A DNA stretch of 52,925 nt, taken from contig NC_068988.1 of NCBI RefSeq assembly GCF_001194135.2, forward strand, positions 65,177,867 through 65,230,791, written 5' to 3'. Origin of the DNA: Octopus bimaculoides (taxonomy: Eukaryota). Below the pieces are notes generated by a model. The model worked only from the letters and a program-made list of their open reading frames with translations. It was not told the origin of the DNA and made no database searches. Numbering within the stretch: the first letter of the stretch is position 1; each line of letters starts with the position of its first letter. Positions 1 to 11,012 of the stretch are shown piece after piece. A program made the translations under genes and the position numbers.

Positions 1-322
1 CTGACTGGCCTTCGTAGGATTTTCGAGCGAGATCGTTGCCAGTGCCCCTGGACTGGCTCATGTGTGGGTGGCACATAAAATACACCATTTTGAGCATGGC
101 CGTTGCCAGTACCACCTGACTGGCCTTCATGCGGGTGACACGTAAAAGCACCCACTACACTCTCTGAGTGGTTGGCGTTTGGAAGGGCATCCAGCTGTAG
201 AAACTCTGCCAAATCAGATTGGAGCCTGGTGTAGCCATCTGGTTCACCAGTCCTCAGTCAAATCGTCCAACCCATGCTAGCATGGAAAGCGGACGTTAAA
301 CGATGATGATGATAATGATAAT
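1..322 (+). mobile_element. RTE-clade LINE 3' UTR fragment with (GAT)n tail
   Basis: Contains ~65-bp subrepeats and the terminal block AAAAGCACCCACTACACTC...GGAAGGGCATCCAGCTGTAG...CCATGCTAGCATGG...GTTAAACGATGATGAT. The same 3' UTR follows an RTE-like ORF at 8807-10010 and 27727-28430. Confidence 0.8.
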
Positions 323-324
323 AA

Positions 325-745
325 TTCCAAGTCTTGGTACTTCCCGACTTTCTCATCCTCTGTTTGAACAATATTTTTGTCTGCAAGTATAGTACGTTGA
401 TGCAGGTCCATTCTTTGAACCCCTACAATAAGAGAGTGATATCTGGTTGGTGTTGCAGCTTCTTGTCTGTGTTTATTGGCATTTCCCCTGTGAGTTTCAC
501 CCGATCATTCTCTGCTACTGGCAAAGGTTGGTACTTATACTTGTTGACACATCCTAGCCCATGCTTCTTGCACAACTCCTAATGTATTCACACTGCTACT
601 TTGTTGTGGTACTTTTTGTACTCCTTTTGGGCAAGTTTTGAGCATCCACTAGTTATATGTCTAACTGTCTCAGATGATTTTCTACATAGTCTACACTTGA
701 CTGAATCAGTGCATAAAGCTTGTTCACTTTTCTTATCTGCTCATC
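325..745 (-). mobile_element. R4/Dong-like non-LTR retrotransposon C-terminal remnant (CCHC zinc knuckle plus restriction-like endonuclease), decayed
   Basis: Manual minus-strand translation gives EQALCTDSVKCRLCRKSSETVRHITSGCSKLAQKEYKKYHNKVA...QPDITLL... and, after a frameshift, ADKNIVQTEDEKVGKYQDL. This matches the CxxC-ETxxH-C knuckle and PD...EK..KY motifs of RLE-type LINEs. In-frame stops are present. Confidence 0.8.
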
Positions 746-764
746 ATCATTATTTTTTAATATT

Positions 765-1350
765 GAAATCAAAATCGAAATCGAACTAAATTTGTAGACT
801 GGCACCCATGCCAACGTCTTCTTTGAACACTAAAATCGGCTTGCAAAGACCTATTGGGGCAAGTGAAAGCGAAATCGTGATGGCACCAGTACCAGTAAAT
901 CACTAAGAGCACCGTCCGAGTGTGATCGTTACCAGAGCACCAGCTGTCTGGCTTTCATGCCGGTGGCACGTAAATAGCACCATTTGAGCATGACCGTTAC
1001 CACCGTCGCCTTCCTGGTACTTGTGCCAGTGGCACGTGAAAAGACATTCGAGCGAGTTCGTTGCCAGTGCCGCTGGACTGGCTCCTGTGCAGATGGCACG
1101 TAAAATACACCATTTTGAGCGTGGCTGTTGCCAGTACCTCCTGACTGACCTTCATGCTGGTGGCACGTAAAAGCACCCACTACACTCTCAGAGTGGTTGG
1201 TGTTAGGAAGGGCATCCAGCTGTAGAAACTCTGCCAAATCAGATTGGAGCCTGGTGTAGCCATCTGGTTCACCAGTCCTCAGTCAAATCGTCCAACCCAT
1301 GCTAGCATGGAAAGTGGACGTTAAACGATGATGATGATGATGATGATGAT
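765..1350 (+). mobile_element. RTE-clade LINE 3' UTR (subrepeat array plus (GAT)n tail)
   Basis: Four to five ~65-bp subrepeats, then the same terminal block as 1-322, ending in (GAT)8 at about 1327-1350. Confidence 0.8.
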
Positions 1351-1419
1351 TGTTGTTGTTGTTATTGTTATTATTTCTATTAAAAAAATAAGTAGGTCAT
1401 TAATAAGCTTTTATTACAG

Positions 1420-1643
1420 TTAACAGTTTAGCATTCAAACTGGCTATATCTAGCCCAAATATTCTGCCTGTTTTTTGTTCAACTGGACAGATCTGGCCTT
1501 TCACATCCACCCAACATGTTATTCTAAAAATAAATGATAACATCATTGAAATCTTTGTTACAAGATAATGCATGATTAATTTAAAACAATGTGAATAAAT
1601 AAGCTTTTTACTTGACAGAATAATCAAACTGCTCAAAGGTTAA
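1420..1643. mobile_element. piggyBac-like MITE (~200 bp family), degenerate copy
   Basis: Ends TTAACAGTTTAGCATT and CTGCTCAAAGGTTAA resemble the family TIR TTAACCCTTTAGCATT. Internal sequence is shared with the copies at 4619, 24675, 31373, 48530 and 52220. Confidence 0.6.
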
Positions 1644-2639
1644 ATATCTTGTTTGAACTTAACTTATAACAATTGTTTAGTGCATCACTTAATTTGTTCA
1701 ACCGGCAGAAGAACAATAACAAACCAACAAGAGAACCTCTACATGGTCTCTCAACTTGCAAGAAATAGCAATCGAATCTTCCTCAAATTATACCCTACTG
1801 TTTTAACCTTTGCATGTCCCGTGTATCACATGTTACACAGCACATATTTCCCCAGCATCCATGCATCATATCTGATATCACATTCCCAATTTTTTCAACC
1901 ACTAGAGTAACTTGGGAGTTACTAGAAGAAAGCTTTATATTACTCAGAAAGTATGAAACAAGGGTTGACTAATGTAAAAGGCACCCATGCTGGTGACACA
2001 TAATTTTCTTCAAATCTTCAGACAATTCTTTTCCCTATGGTGCCATTTTAATAACAATGGAGAATATTTTCTCCAAGGTACACAAATCAGAATTCCTGCA
2101 GATGCAATAGCAATGGCCTGTGCAAAAANNNNNNNNNNCCTGCAGATGCAATAGCAATGGCCTGTGCAAAAATACCAGGAGAAATAATTTATTAGAATTG
2201 AAATTATCAGCAATATCTGAATTTAGTAAAAAAGTGAATAAAATTAGGGTGTACATATTTTTGTAACATTTGAAAATTAATATTTCGTTCATATTTTTTT
2301 TAATGTTTATTGTTTTGTGTTCCAAATTCGTGTAATATTTGCATGCATAATATATTTTATTCAGTATAAATTTCATTTGATTTTNNNNNNNNNNNNNNNN
2401 NNNNNNNNNNNNNNNNNNNNNNNNNNNNNNNNNNNNNNNNNNNNNNNNNNNNNNNNNNNNNNNNNNNNNNNNNNNNNNNNNNNNNNNNNNNNNNNNNNNN
2501 NNNNNNNNNNNNNNNNNTATATATATATATATTTGTTCATAGAAAAACATGTAATCGTTACCAATATAGCAAGAGATTTCACCGCAAAAAGTCTAAAGTA
2601 GACTCCTTAAGGATCGTTCTCCTTGGTTATATATCCAAA

Positions 2640-2960
2640 ATTTTAAATATATATATATATTTACATATATATATGTGATAGATACATACATATATATACA
2701 TATAAATATATATGTGTGTGTATTTGTGTGCGTGTGTGTGTGTGCGCATGCGTGCGTGTTTATGTTTGTGCTTGTCCCCCAACTACTGCTTGACAATTGG
2801 TGGTGGTCTGTTTTATGTACCTGTAATTTTGCAGTTTGGCAAAAGATACCAATGGAATAAGCATCAGTCTTAGAAAATTAGTAGTGCAGTTGATTTGTTC
2901 AACTTAACCCTTCAAAGCAGTACCCTAACATGGCCACAAGACAATAAATGAAACAAATAA
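2640..2960 (+). mobile_element. SINE type A, 3' half (microsatellite plus tail)
   Basis: (TA)/(TG) tract followed by TTTGTCCCC...GCTTGACAA...TTTGGCAAAAGA...CATGGCCAC, as in the full copies at 5189 and 20994. Confidence 0.6.
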
Positions 2961-3000
2961 GAGGTGGAAGATAAAAGGAAGGCTATGACAAGAAAAGGAC

Positions 3001-3055
3001 ATTCTAGCAAGAACATACCATTCTAGCAAGAACATACCATTCTAGCAAGAACATA
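3001..3055 (+). repeat. Short tandem repeat, 19-bp unit ATTCTAGCAAGAACATACC, ~2.9 copies
   Basis: Read directly from the sequence. Confidence 0.9.
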
Positions 3056-3719
3056 AAACAAGAAGTTCCAAAAACCTCAGGTGTGAAACTGCTTAAATAA
3101 TAAACTACTAGAATATTTAGGGATCTAGGATCAATTCCTTCATAAGATCAGTTTGGCTTTCAGTTTTAATTAAATAGAATAAGCTTAAAACTCATCTAAA
3201 TCTGGTGCAGTGAATTTGGAGCATAACTTTTCAACATTTTTCTTAAAACACATCTATACACAACAGGGACAACTCTCATAATGGTAACATTCCTATTGAT
3301 CTATTAACTTTACTTAGAAGACACTATGGTATCATTTCTATGAATGTTTCAGCTTGACTGAGAGGAGACCCTCCCCCACTCAATATTGAGTTAATGCATC
3401 ATCAGGTTTATAATATAAGAGTCCTAGTAAGTAGTAGGTGTTATTCTGCCTTCTTTGGTCTTTAAGCAAAAGTATTAATTCTATATGCTACTATCTAGAA
3501 TCTTAAACTAACAAAGGGCGACTCTGCTTAAAACATTAGGTATTTCTTCCCTTTGCAGAACACTAATTTTGTTGGAATCAAGCATAGCCATGTGGTTTAA
3601 AAATTTAATTTCAAAACATGTCATTTCAGATTTGATTCTTCTGTGTGACATCTTGGATTAGTGTCTTCTACTATAACCACATGATAACTTAATGCCTTGT
3701 AAGTAAAACTTGGTAGATG

Positions 3720-4000
3720 GAAACTGCATAAATGCATGCACATGTACACATACACACACATGCATGCATATGCACACACACTCATATACACACATTCATA
3801 TACACACACTCATATACACGCACTCACACAAACAAATGCACACACTCACACACACACACTCATTGCACACACACATACAAAGAGAGGAATAGAGTGACAG
3901 AGAAAAACAGAGACAAAGATAGACAGACAAATAGACAGAAAGACAGACATACAGATGGATAAATAGATAATAATTCACGGTTGTGTGTGTGTGTGTGTGT
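3720..4000. repeat. Compound (CA)n/(GACA)n/(TG)n microsatellite region
   Basis: Read directly; it lies at the end of a minus-strand SINE A head (about 3615-3735). Confidence 0.8.
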
Positions 4001-4618
4001 GCCTATGTATGTGCATTTATATGTGTATCAGCAGCATATGACAGCATCAATGCATTAAATAAAAATATAGCCCTCTTTACTACCAATTCGACTTTACTAT
4101 TCCACTTTATGAGGTCATTGCAATAAATACAAGATGAAGGCTGGCTCAATATATCAAAGATTCCAGAAGGCAATGGCTCGGCAAGGCTTAGATTTCTTAA
4201 TAATAAAAGGATCTTCATCATTTCACAAAAAATACAAAAACATAAAAGTTTTCCGGCCCTTCCTGACTGATAAAGTGCAAATTGCATTAAGTAACCAGAT
4301 ACCATTAAATACTATAATTAATGCTACGTAGAATGTCAAATAACTATGGAGGAAATCAGTAATGAACAGTATCAAGTAATTAATGCAAGAAAGCAAATCT
4401 AATAATTAAGAGCATTAATTATTCAATTAATAATTTTATTAATTAATTCCAAGAATGTTATCTAGATGTAAAAACTTAATTTCACATTCCTGACAAATTT
4501 TAAAGTAAACAACTTACGTGATTTTTATAGAAACCTTGCATACTTTTACCAAAGTCAAAATTTGCTTCAAAATGACAAGGTTTTTTTTGTTTTGATTTTA
4601 GAAATATTTCAGTTTTAA

Positions 4619-4820
4619 CCCTTTAGCATCTTAACCAGCCATATTCAGTTTATGTTCAAACTAGCTAGATATCACCTTTCATACCTACTCTACAATGTCA
4701 TTCTTAAAATAAACGATCACATCATCAAAATCCCCAAGCTATGAGATAATGCATGATTAATTGAAAACAATGTGAACAAATAAACATTACATTTGAAAGA
4801 GTAATCTGAATGCTAAAGGG
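4619..4820. mobile_element. piggyBac-like MITE
   Basis: TTAA|CCCTTTAGCAT ... ATGCTAAAGGG|TAAA: inverted termini, TTAA on the left and a one-mismatch TTAA on the right. Confidence 0.75.
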
Positions 4821-5078
4821 TAAAGCTTCTGCTAGAATTTTACAACACACTGGTATACCTAACAGAGAACACTTATACCACATCTCTTCTATTAAGAACT
4901 GCAAAATGGTTTTGTAGTCATTGGATTGAATTGGACAAATACATCCATGCCTGAGGTTTAGTTTACTATCTCTGGTGGCATTTGAAGTCAAACTGCAGAG
5001 GAACAAAACTAAATATTATATGGCATTTATCTAGTGTTCTGCTGTTTCTGCCAGCTCACCAACTTTGTCAGATTAGAC

Positions 5079-5343
5079 TAGTGGTTCTCAACCATTTTTT
5101 ACCTATGAACCCCTTTCACTCAGGTGGTCCCCCATACCCATTTGATATTTTAAAAATCCTATTGCCTTATTATAATTAAATATTATTAGGTGCAGGAGTG
5201 ACTGTGTGGTAAGTGGATTGCTTACCAACCACATGGTTCCGGGTTCAGTCCCACTGCATGGCACCTTGAGCAAGTATCTTCTACTATAGTCTCAGGCTGA
5301 CCAAAGCCTTGTGAGTGGATTTGGTANNNNNNNNNNNNNNNNN

Positions 5344-5388
<45 letters not shown>

Positions 5389-5740
5389 GTATGTGTGTTT
5401 GTGTGTCTGTGTTTGTCTCCACACCATCACTTGACAACCGATGCTGGTGTGTTTATGTCACTGTAACTTAGCGGTTCGGCAAAAAGAGACCGATAGAATA
5501 AGTACTAGGCTTACAAAGAATAAGTCCTGGGGTCAATTTGCTCGACTAAAGGCGGTGCTCCAGCATGGCCGCAGTCAAATGACTGAAACAAGTAAAAGAG
5601 TAAAAGAGTAAAAGAGGAACTGTGTTAAAAAATTGTTGAAATATTTTGTGTATTGCAAAAATATAACTATTTTAATGCAAGTAAATTTTAACAAAATCTT
5701 ACATGGACCCCCAAAAGTCATATGAACCCTGGTTGAGAAT
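5079..5740. mobile_element. hAT-like MITE (TAGTGGTTCTCAACC...GGTTGAGAA) interrupted by a SINE A
   Basis: Partial TIRs and GGACCCC/GAACCCC subterminal motifs. The right TIR looks truncated and no TSD is visible. Confidence 0.5.
5189..5615 (+). mobile_element. SINE type A, full length (tRNA-like head, CORE-like segment, internal (TA)n, stem-loop tail)
   Basis: A-box-like TGTGTGGTAAG and B-box-like GGTTCAGTCC, CORE-like GGCACCTTGAGCAAGT, tail hairpins GCGGTGCTCCAGCATGGCCGC and CAGTC-AAAT-GACTG, and (GTAAAAGA)n end. Confidence 0.85.
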
Positions 5741-5823
5741 TAAACAATACTTTCTCATATAGCCACAATGTAACAGGTTTGTAAGAGGTCTATACTGTCA
5801 ATTGATGGNNNNNNNNNNTAGGC

Positions 5824-6120
5824 CAGGGGTTTTCAAACTTTTTGCCTTGCGGACCCCTTTATATTTCAGGCTTTACCTTAGGGACCCCCTTATAAACGCT
5901 TATGAAATTTATACATAAATATTTGCTTAAAATAACATATATTTTTACATTTATTTATTTAACAGTATTTAACAAATAGGTTTATTGTCAATTAAAAGAT
6001 TTCGATTAAAAAACACGTATAAAATCAAATTGCCCATAAAAAGTATTTGCTGTCCACGGACCCCCTGTCTTGTCCTTGCGGACCCCCTGTAGTCAGTGGA
6101 CCACAGTTTGAAAACCCCTG
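5824..6120. mobile_element. hAT (Charlie-like) MITE
   Basis: TIR CAGGGGTTTTCAAACT / AGTTTGAAAACCCCTG. The right flank is GTTTAGGC and the visible left flank is nnnTAGGC, consistent with an 8-bp TSD. Near-identical to 41790-42060. Confidence 0.9.
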
Positions 6121-6699
6121 GTTTAGGCAACTAGTCTAGCACTCAACAAATTTCTGTTAACTCACAACTCTTAATGGCGGGGAACAATTGATTATATCAA
6201 ACCCAATACTTAGCTATAACTTCATTTTACCAGCCCTGGAGTGATAAAAGGTACAGTTGCCTCAGCAGGATTCAAACTTAGAACATAAGGAATATAACAA
6301 ATTTCATTAGGAAGACTTTTGCAAACTTCAGATTATGGTGAAGACACTTGCCCAAGGTGTAGCACAATGAGCTTGGATTTGAAACTACATAGTTGTCAGG
6401 TAAATTTCTTAACCACAAAGCCATGTGAATACCAGATTCTTCTCCATATGTCATCCCTACTTTATCTCATCCCCCAAACTCACACTAAATACTTATTTCT
6501 ATATCTTTCCTATCCAGAACCACTGCTTTTCTTGCAGATAATTGACAGAATCACGAGATAATTAAATCAAATGCCTTGTGAATATTAGTTTCAGCTCACT
6601 GTGCATTGAGTTCAAACACTGTTGAAGTCAACTTCACCATTCCTCCATTTGAGGTTAATAAAGTACCTGCCTGAAGAATGGATTAGTGGAATTGTTAGG

Positions 6700-7870
6700 G
6701 CAACAAACAAGATATCTTGCAGTATTTATTCCCAAGGGAGAAGTAAGTGGACCTCACTATTGGTTGTAGTTTGCAAGCCAAAAAGCAACTTACATATATG
6801 TACTGATTATATTATAGGTGTGAAACCCAGTATTTGTTTTGCTTCACCTAATGTTGAGACAACATTACACAAGTTGGTAGGCATTTAGAATGGACTAAAC
6901 ATATTACATTGTTTGAAAGATTAAACAAAGATTTGAGGAAATGACCTGTTGTACAAATATCTGATACAACAAAGGCTGTAATAGTTATTATAGACACAAG
7001 TCAAAATTCAATATCTGGTATACTTTCCCAAAATGGATATGCAGTTCTATACTTATGATGGTGCTTGATGCAGGACAAACAGAATTATTCTAATATTGAG
7101 TGAAAAATTTTGGCAAGTGTTTGGCCAATGCAGAGAGCCTGACATTTCTTATTAGGTCGAAAATTTTTCTTAAAACTGGACCACGGGCTGCTAGAATTTA
7201 TGTTTAATCCCAGGTGAGAGCTGCCAAAAGTTACATGAGCAAGAATATCAAAATGGGTAATTCAATTTGTCACAAATGATTGTTAAATATTGTGTGCTAA
7301 AGGCTATACAAACTTCGTGTAGAAGCTCTGGTTTAAGGAAATTATAAAAGATGAAAATAATATTGCTTCTACATCCTTTGTCCATTGGATGGAAACTGTC
7401 TTAGTAATGTTAGGAGAACTGCAAGAAGAAATGAAAAATGATGTAATCCTTTATAAGATAGCAAATAGATTCAAATCAAATATATAGAGCAATTGCTTTG
7501 TAAATGAAAGACTATTCAAGACCATTAGACAGAGACTTTCTGTAGAGAATGAAATAATTTGCAATACTGATGTTGTTGTTCTTCCTACAGAATTGCAATA
7601 AAATCTTATTAAGATTGCACATGATGAAGTCCAATGTGGTGCAGTGACAACACAAAATAGGATGAGATTGGAAGCTTGGCAGCCAAGATATTGTCATGAT
7701 TTTGGAAGATTATGTTAGAAATTTTTAAAAATGTAAGATGAAACTTATACAGAAGACTACAGAGCATACTTGGCTAGTTGAAGAGAAGGCTTGGTCATGT
7801 GTACATATTGGTCATGCTTACATACAAACTGTTGGTTTAGTACTCATCTTGGTAAACTTCCCTAAAAGTG
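6700..7870 (+). mobile_element. Gypsy LTR-retrotransposon pol remnant (RT start to integrase), heavily decayed
   Basis: RT-like SKWTSLLVVVCKPKSNLHICTDY...P. Integrase zinc-domain-like VVVLPTELQ.NLIKIAHDEVQCGAVTTQNRMRLEAW...EDYVRN..KC and AWSCVHIGHAY...LILVN (compare PWxRVHxD). Many stops and frameshifts. Confidence 0.7.
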
Positions 7871-7977
7871 AACTTTCTTCATGGTGAATATATGGTGGAG
7901 AACTCTCCAGAGATGAATTGATGGCAGTGAACTTACCTGTAATCAATCAATTTACCTACTTCACTGAAATTATTGAC

Positions 7978-8143
7978 CAGGGCTGGCTCAAGGTACTGGC
8001 AACTCAGGTAGTTGTGTGGGGTGCCATGTGCTAGGGGGCATAAAGGAGAGCATGACAAAGACAAGGAAATTTCCACAACCGTCAGCTTGGACATGCCAAA
8101 ATTCAGCTTGCCTGGGGTGCCAGAAACCCTAGGGCCGGCCCTG
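7978..8143. mobile_element. hAT (Tip100-like) MITE
   Basis: TIR CAGGGCTGGCTC / GGGCCGGCCCTG. The 8-bp flanks TTATTGAC (7970-7977) and TTATTGGC (8144-8151) match at 7 of 8 positions. Confidence 0.8.
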
Positions 8144-8806
8144 TTATTGGCCTTGTGCTAAAATTTGTAGCCAATATTATAATTACTTTTATTGCAGAGA
8201 AAAATTCTCACCAAAAATTTGTTGCATTACAAATCTTTAACCATCACAGCAGCAAATGTTCTTTTATGAGATGAGAATATTTTCAAAATTGATTATTTAA
8301 TTGCTAGGACAGTGGATTGGCAGAATTGTTAGAGTATCAGACAAAATGCCTTGAGGTAATTCTTCCAGTTCTCTATGTCTTGAANNNNNNNNNNNNNNNN
8401 NNNNNNNNNNNNNNNNNNNNNNNNNNNNNNNNNNNNNNNNNNNNNNNNNNNNNNNNNNNNNNNNNNNNNNNNNNNNNNNNNNNNNNNNNNNNNNNNNNNN
8501 NNNNNNNNNNNNNNNNNNNNNNNNNNNNNNNNNNNNNNNNNNNNNNNNNNNNNNNNNNNNNNNNNNNNNNNNNNNNNNNNNNNNNNNNNNNNNNNNNNNN
8601 NNNNNNNNNNNNNNNNNNNNNNNNNNNNNNNNNNNNNNNNNNNNNNNNNNNNNNNNNNNNNNNNNNNNNNNNNNNNNNNNNNNNNNNNNNNNNNNNNNNN
8701 NNNNNNNNNNNNNNNNNNNNNNNNNNNNNNNNNNNNNNNNNNNNNNNNNNNNNNNNNNNNNNNNNNNNNNNNNNNNNNNNNNNNNNNNNNNNNNNNNNNN
8801 NNNNNT

Positions 8807-10010
8807 AAGAATAGCCTGGGCAAAGTTCAGAGAGCTCCTACCTCTGCTGGTGACAAAGGGCCTCTTGCTCAGAGTGAAAGGTAGACTGTATGATACATGT
8901 GTGCAAACTGCTATGCTACATGGCAGTGAAACATGGGCCGTGACTGCCGAGGACATGTGTAAGCTTGCAAGGAATGAAGCCAGTATGCTCTGCTGGATGT
9001 GTAATGTCAGTGTGCATACATGACAGAGTGTAAGCGCCCTGAGAAAAAAGTTGGATTTAAAAAGCATCAGGTGTGTTGTGCAAGAGAGACGACTGCACTG
9101 GTATGGTCATATGTTGCAAAAGAATAAGGACAGCTGTGTGAAGAAGTGTCACACCCTAGCAGTTGAGGGAACCTGTGGAAGAAGTAGACCCAGGAAATTC
9201 TGGGATGAGGTGGTGAAGTATGACCTTCGTACATTGGGCCTTACCGATGCAATAACTAGTGACCGGGACCTTTGGAGATATGCTGTACTTGAGAAGACCC
9301 GACAAGCCAAGTGAGACCATGGCCCATGACCTATGCCAGTGGGTGTAACCAGCCCCTTTATGAATNNNNNNNNNNACCTATGCCAGTGGGTGTAACCAGC
9401 CCCTTTATGAATACCCCTCATACATTGGACAATAAACCTTGCTTGTGAAGACCTATTGAGGCAAATGAAATCAAAATCAAATCAAAATTGAATTCAAAAT
9501 TGCTGACGTAGCCAACGATAATACCACCTGATTGGCACTCGTATCAGTGGAACATTAAAAACACATCCATATGTGGGGTGTAACCAGGCCACTTATGAGT
9601 ACCCCACATTCATTGGACAATGAACTTTGCTTGCAAAAACCTGTTGAGGCAAGTGTAAACAAACCACAATTGCTGACTTGGCTGATGATAGTACTGCCTG
9701 ATTGGCACTCGTGCCAGTGGAACGTTTATAGTACATCTGAGCATGATTGTTGCCAGGGCCATGGATTGGCTCCTGTGCTGATGACACATGGAAAGCACCA
9801 TTCGAGCATGATCGTTGCCAGCATCGCCTTACTGGCACATGTGCTGGTGGCACATGAAAAATAACATTCAAGAGTGGTCGTTGCCAGTGCCACTGGACTG
9901 ACTCCCATGCAGGTAGCATGTAAAAACACCTTTTGAGCATGTGTGTGGTCATTGCCAGAACTGCTTGACTGGCCCTCGTGCTGGTGGCACGTAAAAGCAC
10001 GCACTACACT
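8807..10010 (+). mobile_element. RTE-clade LINE: ORF C-terminus plus 3' UTR subrepeat array, bounded by gaps
   Basis: Translation LVTKGLLLRVKGRLYDTCVQTAMLHGSETWAV...RRLHWYGHML...VEGTCGRSRPRKFWDEVVKYDL...DRDLWR is typical of RTE C-termini (YGxETW, RLxWxGH, RxRGRPxxxW). The ORF stops at 9314 and the subrepeat UTR follows. Confidence 0.85.
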
Positions 10011-10748
10011 NNNNNNNNNNNNNNNNNNNNNNNNNNNNNNNNNNNNNNNNNNNNNNNNNNNNNNNNNNNNNNNNNNNNNNNNNNNNNNNNNNNNNNNNNN
10101 NNNNNNNNNNNNNNNNNNNNNNNNNNNNNNNNNNNNNNNNNNNNNNNNNNNNNNNNNNNNNNNNNNNNNNNNNNNNNNNNNNNNNNNNNNNNNNNNNNNN
10201 NNNNNNNNNNNNNNNNNNNNNNNNNNNNNNNNNNNNNNNNNNNNNNNNNNNNNNNNNNNNNNNNNNNNNNNNNNNNNNNNNNNNNNNNNNNNNNNNNNNN
10301 NNNNNNNNNNNNNNNNNNNNNNNNNNNNNNNNNNNNNNNNNNNNNNNNNNNNNNNNNNNNNNNNNNNNNNNNNNNNNNNNNNNNNNNNNNNNNNNNNNNN
10401 NNNNNNNNNNNNNNNNNNNNNNNNNNNNNNNNNNNNNNNNNNNNNNNNNNNNNNNNNNNNNNNNNNNNNNNNNNNNNNNNNNNNNNNNNNNNNNNNNNNN
10501 NNNNNNNNNNNNNNNNNNNNNNNNNNNNNNNNNNNNNNNNNNNNNNNNNNNNNNNNNNNNNNNNNNNNNNNNNNNNNNNNNNNNNNNNNNNNNNNNNNNN
10601 NNNNNNNNNNNNNNNNNNNNNNNNNNNNNNNNNNNNNNNNNNNNNNNNNNNNNNNNNNNNNNNNNNNNNNNNNNNNNNNNNNNNNNNNNNNNNNNNNNNN
10701 NNNNNNNNNNNNNNNNNNNNNNNNNNNNNNNNNNNNNNNNNNNNNNNN

Positions 10749-11012
10749 GAGGCTCCGGCAGGGGATGGTGGCGAACCCTGCTGTACTCTTTCACCACAAC
10801 TTTCTCTCACTCTTACTTCCTGTTTCTGTTGTGCCTGTATTTCAAAGGGCCAGCCTTGTCACACTGTGTCACACTGAATATCCCCAAGAATTATGTTAAG
10901 GGTACACGTGTCTGTGGAGTGCTCAGCCACTTGCACATTAATTTCACGAGCAGGCTGTTCCGTTGATTGGATCAACTGGAACCCTCGACGTCGTAAGCGA
11001 CGGAGTGCCAAC
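10749..11012 (+). mobile_element. SINE type C, 3' part (5' end lost in the gap)
   Basis: Matches the reverse complement of the TSD-flanked copy at 18365-18748. Confidence 0.8.

Noticed and set aside
765-1200. Regularly spaced ~65-bp repeats resembling a CRISPR-like array
   Set aside because: The whole unit is repeated, there are no unique spacers, the context is eukaryotic, and the array is the 3' UTR of an RTE LINE.
2095-2172. Direct repeat of about 34 nt (CCTGCAGATGCAATAGCAATGGCCTGTGCAAAAA) on both sides of a 10-N gap
   Set aside because: Typical unmerged contig overlap (assembly artefact), not a biological repeat.
4134-4331. 65-aa ATG-initiated ORF MKAGSIYQRFQK...
   Set aside because: No recognisable motif, no splice context and a length expected by chance.
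9328-9412. Direct repeat ACCTATGCCAGTGGGTGTAACCAGCCCCTTTATGAAT around a 10-N gap
   Set aside because: Same scaffolding artefact.
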